Source: an uncultured Bifidobacterium sp. (GTDB lineage Bacteria > Actinomycetota > Actinomycetes > Nanopelagicales > Nanopelagicaceae). From it: a stretch of 53,089 nucleotides of DNA. How positions within the stretch are numbered: position 1 is the first letter of the stretch; every line of letters starts with the position of its first letter. The translations under genes were made by a program, and so were the position numbers. The notes under the pieces are model-generated. The model did no database searches. It saw only the letters and a list, made by a program, of their open reading frames with translations, and had not been told where the DNA came from. This document shows positions 46,104-53,089 of this stretch, piece by piece. Location: NCBI GenBank assembly GCA_964465545.1, contig CAYXIS010000001.1, positions 1 through 53,089 of the forward strand. The letters run 5' to 3'.

Positions 46104-47297
46104 ATGCGTAAGAAGCGTCTGTTTTCGCAGATCGCCGCTGCATCTGCGGTAGCACTAATCCTTGCCAGCTGTAGTTCAAGCAGCAATAACGCCACGACGA
46201 CGACTCTCCCTAAAGTCGACGCTTTAAAGACCCTTGGTGCAGGTGAAGGCCAAGTAAACATTGTGGCTTGGGCTGGATACGTTGAAAATGGATCAAATGA
46301 TCCAAAAGTCAACTGGGTAAGCGACTTTGAAAAGGAAACTGGCTGCAAAGTCAACGTAAAGATCGGCTCGACATCAGATGACATGGTCGCTCTGATGAAG
46401 ACTGGCGAGTACGACGTGGTTTCGGCTTCGGGAGATGCATCCCTTCGCCTTATCTACGGCGGAGACGTCGCCCCCGTCAACACATCGCTTGTACCTAACT
46501 ATGCCGACATTTTCAGCGACTTGAAAAACCAGCAATGGAACTCAGTCGACGGAGTTGCATACGGAATTCCTCACGGACGCGGGGCCAACCTATTGGCCTA
46601 CCGGACCGACATCGTTAATCCAGCGCCAACTTCATGGGGTGCTGTCTTTGACGCAAACTCACCATACAAGGGCAAAATCACTGCATATGACTCCCCCATT
46701 TACATTGCAGATGCCGCGCTCTATTTGATGAAGACAAAGCCAGAATTGGGGATCAAGTACCCATACGCACTTGATCAGAAGCAATTCGATGCCGCAGTAG
46801 CCCTGCTTAGGGTCCAAAAGCCGCTCATCGGTGAGTATTGGAGCGACTACCTCAAGCACGTTGCTTCGTTGAAGTCCGGCGGAACCGTTCTTGGAACCAC
46901 GTGGCAGGTCAACATCAATTTGGCACAGAGTGAGGGAGTCAAAGTTGACGGAATCAAGCCAGTAGAGGGTTCAACCGGATGGTCCGATACGTGGATGATC
47001 AGCAGCAAAGCAAAGCATCCAAACTGTGGGTACATGTGGATGGACCACATCGCTTCTCCTAAGGCCAATGCGGCTGTCGCTGAATGGTTCGGCGAGGCAC
47101 CGTCAAATGCGAAAGCATGCGACCTGACTTCAGACAAGACCTTCTGCGCGACCTACCATGCAGCAGACGCGTCGTACTGGACGGATGTCTACTACTGGAA
47201 TACCGCAACTGAAGCTTGCCTTGATGGGCGAACAGATGTGAAGTGTGTTCCGTACTCAGAATGGGTTAAGGCATGGTCCAGTCTGCGTAACGCCTAG
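46104..47297 (+). CDS. polyamine-type ABC transporter substrate-binding lipoprotein (PotD/PotF family)
   Basis: Lipobox LASC with a Ser/Thr linker. Lies between the potA-like and potB/C-like genes. Confidence 0.8.
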   Translation: MRKKRLFSQIAAASAVALILASCSSSSNNATTTTLPKVDALKTLGAGEGQVNIVAWAGYVENGSNDPKVNWVSDFEKETGCKVNVKIGSTSDDMVALMKTGEYDVVSASGDASLRLIYGGDVAPVNTSLVPNYADIFSDLKNQQWNSVDGVAYGIPHGRGANLLAYRTDIVNPAPTSWGAVFDANSPYKGKITAYDSPIYIADAALYLMKTKPELGIKYPYALDQKQFDAAVALLRVQKPLIGEYWSDYLKHVASLKSGGTVLGTTWQVNINLAQSEGVKVDGIKPVEGSTGWSDTWMISSKAKHPNCGYMWMDHIASPKANAAVAEWFGEAPSNAKACDLTSDKTFCATYHAADASYWTDVYYWNTATEACLDGRTDVKCVPYSEWVKAWSSLRNA

Positions 47298-47302
47298 CAG
47301 CG

Positions 47303-47338
47303 AACCGGGTGCGGGGAAGACTCCGCACCCGGTTTTTT
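47303..47338 (+). terminator. intrinsic terminator-like hairpin inside the operon, after the binding-protein gene
   Basis: AACCGGGTGCGG (47303-47314) pairs perfectly with CCGCACCCGGTT (47323-47334). The T-run continues to 47338. Confidence 0.75.
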
Positions 47339-47370
47339 AACATTTATTCTGTGTTCGAAAGGAGGACCAA

Positions 47371-48231
47371 GTGAAGAGTTCAGTCGCTACGTGGATGCAT
47401 AAGCGGCCGAAGTTCCGTCTTGCTGCCCTCCTTGCGGCGCCAACCCTCTGGCTTGTCGTTGCCTACCTTGGCGCACTTGGTGCCTTACTGGTAACGGCCT
47501 TCTTCACAATTGACAGTTTCACTGGAAATGTCATAGCTAAATTCAACTTGGGCAATTTCCACGACATGCTCACTGATTCGGCCTACCGAAATGTCGTACT
47601 CCGCACGTTGGGGATCGCGATCTCGGTGACACTCATCTGCGCCATCTTCGCCGTCCCAATGGCTTTTTTCATGGCGAAAATCGCCAAACCTAAAAGTCAG
47701 AAGGTTCTCGTTGCACTTGTACTGACTCCTCTTTGGGCTTCATACCTAGTAAAGATTTACGCCTGGCGGACCATGTTGGAACCAAATACTGGTGTCTTGG
47801 ACTGGATTCTAGGACCAATAGGAATTCACTCACCGGGATTCGGTGGCCCTGCAATCATCATTGGACTTTCTTATCTCTGGCTTCCATACATGATATTGCC
47901 GATATACGCTGGTCTTGAGCGTCTCCCAAATTCATTGCTTGATGCATCGGGAGATCTCGGCGCAAGAAATTTTTACACTTTTCGAAGAGTAATCTTGCCG
48001 CTGATATTTCCGAGTTTGGTCGCAGGATCAATGTTCACTTTCTCATTAACTCTGGGTGATTACATCACAGCACAAATCATCGGGGGTAAACTCCAAATGC
48101 TGGGAAACGTCGTCTACCAGAACTTCAGCATCAACCTTCCATTCGCAGCCACTATTGCAACGATCCCGGTTGCGATCATGGCCATCTACCTGTGGCTGGT
48201 CCGCCGCACAGGGGCATTGGCGAGTTTGTAG
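47371..48231 (+). CDS. potB: polyamine-type ABC transporter permease
   Basis: Six TM segments with the EAA-type loop LLDASGDLGARNFYTFRRVILP. GTG start after AGGAGG. Confidence 0.85.
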   Translation: MKSSVATWMHKRPKFRLAALLAAPTLWLVVAYLGALGALLVTAFFTIDSFTGNVIAKFNLGNFHDMLTDSAYRNVVLRTLGIAISVTLICAIFAVPMAFFMAKIAKPKSQKVLVALVLTPLWASYLVKIYAWRTMLEPNTGVLDWILGPIGIHSPGFGGPAIIIGLSYLWLPYMILPIYAGLERLPNSLLDASGDLGARNFYTFRRVILPLIFPSLVAGSMFTFSLTLGDYITAQIIGGKLQMLGNVVYQNFSINLPFAATIATIPVAIMAIYLWLVRRTGALASL

Positions 48232-49038
48232 ATGACGATTTCAAACCGAGCCAGATACGCGCTGATGTCCCTCATGGGAATCGGCCTCGCTTTCATCTAC
48301 GTCCCTCTTTCGGTCGTCGTCATAAATTCTTTCAATAGCAGTCGCACCTTCAGTTGGCCACCAGCAAGTTTCACAACGGCATGGTGGAGCAAAGCAATTG
48401 CCAACACTGGTGTCCGAAAGGCACTGTCATGGAGCCTCGCTGCAGGATTCTCCGCAACTCTCATCGCCTTATTACTGGGCACATCTCTCGCATTTGCAGT
48501 CAGCAGATATGACTTCTTCGGCAAGGACATCATCTCGTTGCTGGTAGTCCTACCCATTTCTCTGCCTGGCGTCGTCACCGGTATCGCGCTTAGCAACGCC
48601 TTCAACCAGCAAATAGGACTATCAACTGGTCTTCTCACAATTGTGATCGGCCACGCCACATTCTGTATCGTGGTTGTTTACAACAACGCTCTCGCTCGAC
48701 TTCGAAGAATGGGTACATCGCTCCAAGAAGCCTCAATGGATCTGGGTGCGAACGGCATTACGACTTTCAGATTGATCACGCTGCCCAATCTGGCGTCAGC
48801 GCTCTTCGCCGGCGGCCTTCTGGCTTTCGGCCTCTCTTTTGATGAGATTGTGGTTACGACCTTTACGGCAGGTCCAGGTATACAAACCCTTCCGATATGG
48901 ATCTACAACAACCTCTTCCGCCCCAACCAGGCGCCAATCGTCAACGTCGTCGCAGCCACTCTTGTTGTCGTGTCAGTGATTCCAATTTACCTGTCGCAGA
49001 AGTTAAGCCAAGATTCAACAAGTGGTGGACGCTTCTAA
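48232..49038 (+). CDS. potC: polyamine-type ABC transporter permease
   Basis: Six TM segments with the EAA loop LQEASMDLGANGITTFRLITLP. Starts immediately after the potB stop. Confidence 0.85.
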   Translation: MTISNRARYALMSLMGIGLAFIYVPLSVVVINSFNSSRTFSWPPASFTTAWWSKAIANTGVRKALSWSLAAGFSATLIALLLGTSLAFAVSRYDFFGKDIISLLVVLPISLPGVVTGIALSNAFNQQIGLSTGLLTIVIGHATFCIVVVYNNALARLRRMGTSLQEASMDLGANGITTFRLITLPNLASALFAGGLLAFGLSFDEIVVTTFTAGPGIQTLPIWIYNNLFRPNQAPIVNVVAATLVVVSVIPIYLSQKLSQDSTSGGRF

Positions 49039-49051
49039 AGGAGATCAGGGC

Positions 49052-49354
49052 ATGAGACTTTATGGAACCTATACGCCTGGCAAATGGGATGAGAAGACAA
49101 CGGAAGTAATCGAAGATCGGATGAAGTTAACCAGAGTCAGCGCTGAATTCGTCTTCGAAGGTGACATCGAAGGGTTGGGGAAAGTCGAGTACCTAATGTT
49201 TTACTCATCTTTCGACCCAGCCGACATGCACACATCCAAGGCGCAGTATGTGGGCCAGATCCGGATCGTCGGAAAACTCAAAGGCATTAGCGGCGTGGGT
49301 GAATATGCGGCCGATCAGAAAGGGTGCACTTGGGAGATGGAAGTCTCTCTATAA
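49052..49354 (+). CDS. DUF3224-like small protein (shorter than I expect for the family)
   Basis: KWDEK..KLTRVSAEFVFEGDIEGLGKVEYLM resembles the DUF3224 N-terminal half. AAGGAG lies upstream of ATG 49052. Confidence 0.4.
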   Translation: MRLYGTYTPGKWDEKTTEVIEDRMKLTRVSAEFVFEGDIEGLGKVEYLMFYSSFDPADMHTSKAQYVGQIRIVGKLKGISGVGEYAADQKGCTWEMEVSL

Positions 49355-49357
49355 CGC

Positions 49358-49831
49358 CTATCTCGTAAAAGGCACGAAGCGCGGAATCCGAGCCGCGTAT
49401 TCAGCATACTCGGGATATTTCAACCGCAAGTATTTCTCCTCGTAATCCGATTTCAGATAGAAGAGAACGTACAAGCAAAGCGTGAGCAAGTACTTGATGA
49501 CGCTCCCACTGTCGATACTGATGCCAAAAGACAAGAGCAGGACGCTTGAATACATTGGATGTCGCACGTAACGATAAAGGCCACTCGTGCTGAGTTGGCC
49601 CTCTTCTTTGGGGATCGGCACAACCGTGAGAGATCTACGAAGGCTGGCGGCGCAGATCAGTACGCCAACAATTCCCATAATTTCGAGGGACCTACCCACA
49701 ATAACAAAGTGACGAATCTGGGGACCAACGTCTTGTTCTAGAAAGACAAGAAGGAGCAGGAGCACGGCCTGAACGAATACGTAAGACCAAGCTCGCAACC
49801 AATTTGGACTCTCTGATTTCGACGACATCAA
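49358..49831 (-). CDS. isoprenylcysteine carboxyl methyltransferase (ICMT/PEMT)-family membrane methyltransferase
   Basis: LSTSGLYRYVRHPMYSSVLLLSFG and EEKYLRLKYPEYAEY. Confidence 0.8.
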   Translation of the reverse strand: MMSSKSESPNWLRAWSYVFVQAVLLLLLVFLEQDVGPQIRHFVIVGRSLEIMGIVGVLICAASLRRSLTVVPIPKEEGQLSTSGLYRYVRHPMYSSVLLLSFGISIDSGSVIKYLLTLCLYVLFYLKSDYEEKYLRLKYPEYAEYAARIPRFVPFTR

Positions 49832-49846
49832 AGATAGATTACCCCC

Positions 49847-50341
49847 ATGGAGATTTCGTTGGTTCCAATGAACGAATCACCTCATGATGCTGGTCAAGTT
49901 CTCTCATGGGCGCTTGATCAATGGGATGATCACCTTCCAAACTACTCACGGCAAGATTGGGCTGCTTTTTACTCACATTCTGCCCAATCAGATTATGAAT
50001 CGTGGACAGGAGATGGGCAGGAGTTTGTTTTTCTCGCGAAGCGAGGCGGTGACCTCGTCGGAAGCATTGGTCTTGTTGATTTTGATGAACTAGAGGATTT
50101 TCGACACCTAAAGCCCTGGATTGCCGCCTTTTTGATTAGTCCCCGTTTGCGCCGCCAAGGAATCGGATCTCAAGTTCTGGACTTGCTGGAAGCGAAAGCC
50201 AGTTCATTGGGCATTGAGGCACTCCATCTCTGGACTGAGGACCAAGGCGCCTTCTATCGCAAACGTGGATACCAGCTACTCGCCTCTTCAGCGTTCGGCA
50301 ATCTCAATATCGAGGTAATGCGGAAGACCCTTGCCGACTAA
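49847..50341 (+). CDS. GNAT-family N-acetyltransferase
   Basis: Acetyl-CoA binding motif RRQGIGSQVLDLLE. Confidence 0.85.
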   Translation: MEISLVPMNESPHDAGQVLSWALDQWDDHLPNYSRQDWAAFYSHSAQSDYESWTGDGQEFVFLAKRGGDLVGSIGLVDFDELEDFRHLKPWIAAFLISPRLRRQGIGSQVLDLLEAKASSLGIEALHLWTEDQGAFYRKRGYQLLASSAFGNLNIEVMRKTLAD

Positions 50342-50381
50342 CAATCTCCTAATTCATAAGTCCCTCCGTTAACATGCCTGC

Positions 50382-51902
50382 ATGCTCTCCAAAGGCAGGA
50401 AGCGAATCGACGGTCTTCTCGGTCTCGTTGCCGTGGGAGCGGGACTCGCAATTGCTCAATTACTTGCCTCGCTAAAGAGCAACTTGAACGCGCCGGTCGT
50501 CTCGATCGGAAACCGCGTCATAGATCATGTACCCGCGGGCGTCAAGGAGTTCGCGATACGAACGTTCGGCGTCGATGACAAACGCGCACTAGTTATCACG
50601 ATCTACTTCGTCGTACTTATCTTGGCCGCCATTATTGGAGTTTCGTATTTTTCCGGAAAACTTAGACGCGCCCTCGCAATAGTCGTTGCAATGACTGGCA
50701 TTGCCGCAGTCGCTTCAATATTCGACGCCAACTCAGGCTTTCTGGCGGTTCTTCCGTCATTAAGCGCAGGTGTCGCAACACTCTGGATATTGCGAGTTCT
50801 TGAGACTCGCACTGAAGAGGACGAAAGAGGGCAAGGGGCAATTAATCGACGGGATTTGCTCAAAAATGTTGGACTCATTGCCGCAGGGTCTGCTGGCGCA
50901 GTTCTCGCTGGAAACTTTTTCCGCAATCACGCAAGTGCGCAATTGCAAAGGCTCAACATTGTCTTGCCCAAGGCTTTGAAATTCTTACCACCGCCACCCA
51001 CGGATCCAGCACTGTCTACTCCTGGATTGTCGAAACTCTTCACTCCCAATACCGAGTTCTACCGAATTGATACGGCGATAACCGTTCCAAACGTCGACAT
51101 CGATACGTGGCGACTGCGAATCGATGGCATGGTCGATAACCCCCTCGAATTCACCTACAAAGAACTGACCGATAGACCAGTCTTCCAACTCGATGACACG
51201 ATTGCCTGTGTATCAAATGAAGTCGGCGGAAGCCTCGTGGGGAATGCGCGCTGGCTAGGAATTCGCCTCGATGACTTGATTAAGGAAGCCTCGCCTTACA
51301 GTTCGGTCGATCAGGTAATGGGGCACTCGGTCGATGGATTTACCGCCGGCTTCCCACTTGCTGCACTCGATGGACGAGATGCCATGATCGCCATCGGCAT
51401 GAATGGGGAGCCATTGCCTATAGACCATGGATTTCCCGCTCGTGTGATTGTTCCTGGCCTTTATGGCTACGTTTCAGCGACAAAGTGGCTCACTCGCATC
51501 GAACTAACTCGCTTTGACCGAGCTGAGGGGTATTGGGTTCCGAGAGGTTGGTCTGCGCAAGCGCCAATCAAGACTCAGTCAAGGATCGATACACCCATGA
51601 TTGGAAGTTCCGTGAAGTCCGGTGTGAGGGTCATCGCCGGAGTTGCTTGGGCGCCTACACGGGGGATCTCCAAAGTTGAGGTCCGGGTGAATAACGGAGC
51701 ATGGCGAGTGGCAACGCTCGGGCCCGCACTCGCAAAAACCACTTGGCGACAATGGTGGATCGAGTGGGATGCAAAGCCGGGGAGCAGAACCATTGTGGTA
51801 AGAGCGACAGACGGAACCGGGGCGCTTCAATCAAGCAAGAGTGTCCCTGTTGCGCCTAACGGCGCCGAAGGTTGGCACACGGTTGACGTGACTGTGCAGT
51901 GA
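50382..51902 (+). CDS. membrane-anchored molybdopterin-dependent oxidoreductase (sulfite-oxidase fold)
   Basis: N-terminal TM segments, then FYRID, the IACVSNEVGG Moco-cysteine region, NGEPLPIDHGFPARVIVPGLYGYVSATKW and a C-terminal Ig-like domain. Confidence 0.85.
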   Translation: MLSKGRKRIDGLLGLVAVGAGLAIAQLLASLKSNLNAPVVSIGNRVIDHVPAGVKEFAIRTFGVDDKRALVITIYFVVLILAAIIGVSYFSGKLRRALAIVVAMTGIAAVASIFDANSGFLAVLPSLSAGVATLWILRVLETRTEEDERGQGAINRRDLLKNVGLIAAGSAGAVLAGNFFRNHASAQLQRLNIVLPKALKFLPPPPTDPALSTPGLSKLFTPNTEFYRIDTAITVPNVDIDTWRLRIDGMVDNPLEFTYKELTDRPVFQLDDTIACVSNEVGGSLVGNARWLGIRLDDLIKEASPYSSVDQVMGHSVDGFTAGFPLAALDGRDAMIAIGMNGEPLPIDHGFPARVIVPGLYGYVSATKWLTRIELTRFDRAEGYWVPRGWSAQAPIKTQSRIDTPMIGSSVKSGVRVIAGVAWAPTRGISKVEVRVNNGAWRVATLGPALAKTTWRQWWIEWDAKPGSRTIVVRATDGTGALQSSKSVPVAPNGAEGWHTVDVTVQ

Positions 51903-52517
51903 CTATCTGGCCTCCTGCCACTTAACGACAACTGGATTTTCCCAGTCATTATTATCAATGATGACGTCTGCATTGCGGTCTGCCGGATACTCCTCAAGAT
52001 AAGTCCGCTGGGCCGGTAGATACTTTGAGCGGTACTTCTTCATGATCTCGTCGCCATGGATGGGAACATCGCGCTTAATAGCCCGTTCCATCACAGTGCT
52101 TTCATCTACTTGCAGGTAGATGATCAGATCTAGGAAGTGCGCAATATCCGGACGAAATAAAAACACACCTTCAAGCAGCACAACCGTGTCATCATTGATC
52201 AAATATCGACGCTCGATTGTCCAAGTGTCTTCAATTAAATCGAGGCAAAGAAGAGACGTGTCCAAACATCCCTCGTCCCGAATTGGTTCGAGCACCTCGT
52301 TTATTAGCCGTTCGTAATCAAAACTATGTTCAAAATACTTTACAGGCTCAGGTAAATCGGGACGGTACCGGTCAGCACGAGGACGATGGAAATCGTCCAA
52401 GCGTATGATTTGGACTGATAACCCAGAACATCGAAGTTCGTCGGCCAACAAAGAAGTTAGTGTCGATTTTCCCGACGTGTCCATCCCCGTGACCCCGACT
52501 ATCATCGGACCTTTCAT
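51903..52517 (-). CDS. uridine kinase-like P-loop nucleoside/nucleotide kinase
   Basis: P-loop VGVTGMDTSGKSTL and RLDDFH. The start is uncertain (ATG 52517 or the ORF start at 52559). Confidence 0.65.
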   Translation of the reverse strand: MKGPMIVGVTGMDTSGKSTLTSLLADELRCSGLSVQIIRLDDFHRPRADRYRPDLPEPVKYFEHSFDYERLINEVLEPIRDEGCLDTSLLCLDLIEDTWTIERRYLINDDTVVLLEGVFLFRPDIAHFLDLIIYLQVDESTVMERAIKRDVPIHGDEIMKKYRSKYLPAQRTYLEEYPADRNADVIIDNNDWENPVVVKWQEAR

Positions 52518-52570
52518 AGGTCTGCTCTCGAACACGAGGGGGGAAAGACGCCCGATCATTAAGTGGAGAA

Positions 52571-53089
52571 CTACTTAGGCAATTCTTGAACAAACTTCTT
52601 TAGCCAGACCCCAAACTTAGGCCCCAAGTCTTCGCGTTCGACGGCAAGACGCACCACCGCCTGGAGGTAGCCCAACTTATCGCCAGTGTCATAGCGACGT
52701 CCCTTGAAAATGACCCCATGGACGGGACCGCCGTTTTCAGATCTCTGAGTCAACACCTGAATCGCATCTGTTAGCTGAATTTCCCCACCACGGCCAGGTT
52801 TGGTTTCTTGCAATACCGCAAATATCTCAGGCGTTAGGAGGTAGCGACCGATCAGCGCGAAGTTACTAGGTGCATTTTCTGCAACAGGTTTCTCGACCAC
52901 TCCTGTTATTCGAACCACGTTTTCAAAGCCTGAAGTCGGGGTAATTGGCGCAATTGCTGCCGAACCATAAAGTGAGATCTCACTTTTCGGAACTTCGATT
53001 AGCGCCAGAACGCTGCCGCCAAATTGCCTGTGCGTGGCAAACATGGCGGGCAAAAAAGGAACACGCGGATCGACCAAACCACCCCCGAC
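52571..53089 (-). CDS. galU: UTP--glucose-1-phosphate uridylyltransferase, 3' portion (the N-terminus lies beyond the right window edge)
   Basis: VEKP, IGRYLLTPEIF, GGEIQLTDAI and RYDTGDKLGYL. The frame is open to nt 53089. Confidence 0.85.
   Translation of the reverse strand, partial: VGGGLVDPRVPFLPAMFATHRQFGGSVLALIEVPKSEISLYGSAAIAPITPTSGFENVVRITGVVEKPVAENAPSNFALIGRYLLTPEIFAVLQETKPGRGGEIQLTDAIQVLTQRSENGGPVHGVIFKGRRYDTGDKLGYLQAVVRLAVEREDLGPKFGVWLKKFVQELPK

Noticed and set aside
49052-49354. The DUF3224-like ORF, considered as a truncated pseudogene because it lacks the C-terminal roughly 40 aa I expect for the family.
   Set aside because: No homologous continuation is visible after the stop. 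The downstream frame is merely antisense to the ICMT-family gene. Without a profile alignment I cannot tell a naturally short homologue from a truncation.

Overview
This window looks like a chromosomal segment of a moderate-GC actinobacterium. The gene order acs / cvpA-tlpA-nth / crp / ridA-DUF4177 / lysC-asd / recR-dnaX-ffs resembles, from memory, the Mycobacterium Rv3667-Rv3721 region. About 60 tightly packed genes are present, many overlapping by 1-4 nt. The housekeeping core includes acs, nth, crp, lysC, asd, recR, dnaX, SRP RNA, three tRNAs, tadA, upp, malic enzyme and galU. There is also a Liv-type ABC uptake system with an M24 hydrolase and a beta-hydroxyacid dehydrogenase, next to a divergent LacI regulator. 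A seven-gene surface-glycan operon encodes a WbpA/B/E/D-like 2,3-diacetamido-uronic-acid pathway plus three paralogous glycosyltransferases. A polyamine-type ABC transporter and several visibly AT-richer accessory patches complete the window. Main second-look items: (1) three otherwise intact conserved genes (acs, a DUF606 transporter, an MBL/beta-CASP hydrolase) each carry exactly one in-frame TAG/TAA; (2) a KimA/Rv2690c-like permease is fused to an OB-fold domain; (3) a stand-alone GyrB-like GHKL domain has degenerate catalytic motifs; (4) an AT-rich islet beside tRNA-Ser has an att-like 14-nt repeat and tandem paralogous small proteins; (5) an A-AAA-AAG heptamer lies in phase in dnaX; (6) a plant-type PHI-1/EXORDIUM-like secreted protein is present. 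I saw no CRISPR array, transposase, integrase or rRNA. All homology statements are by-eye motif recognition, not database searches.
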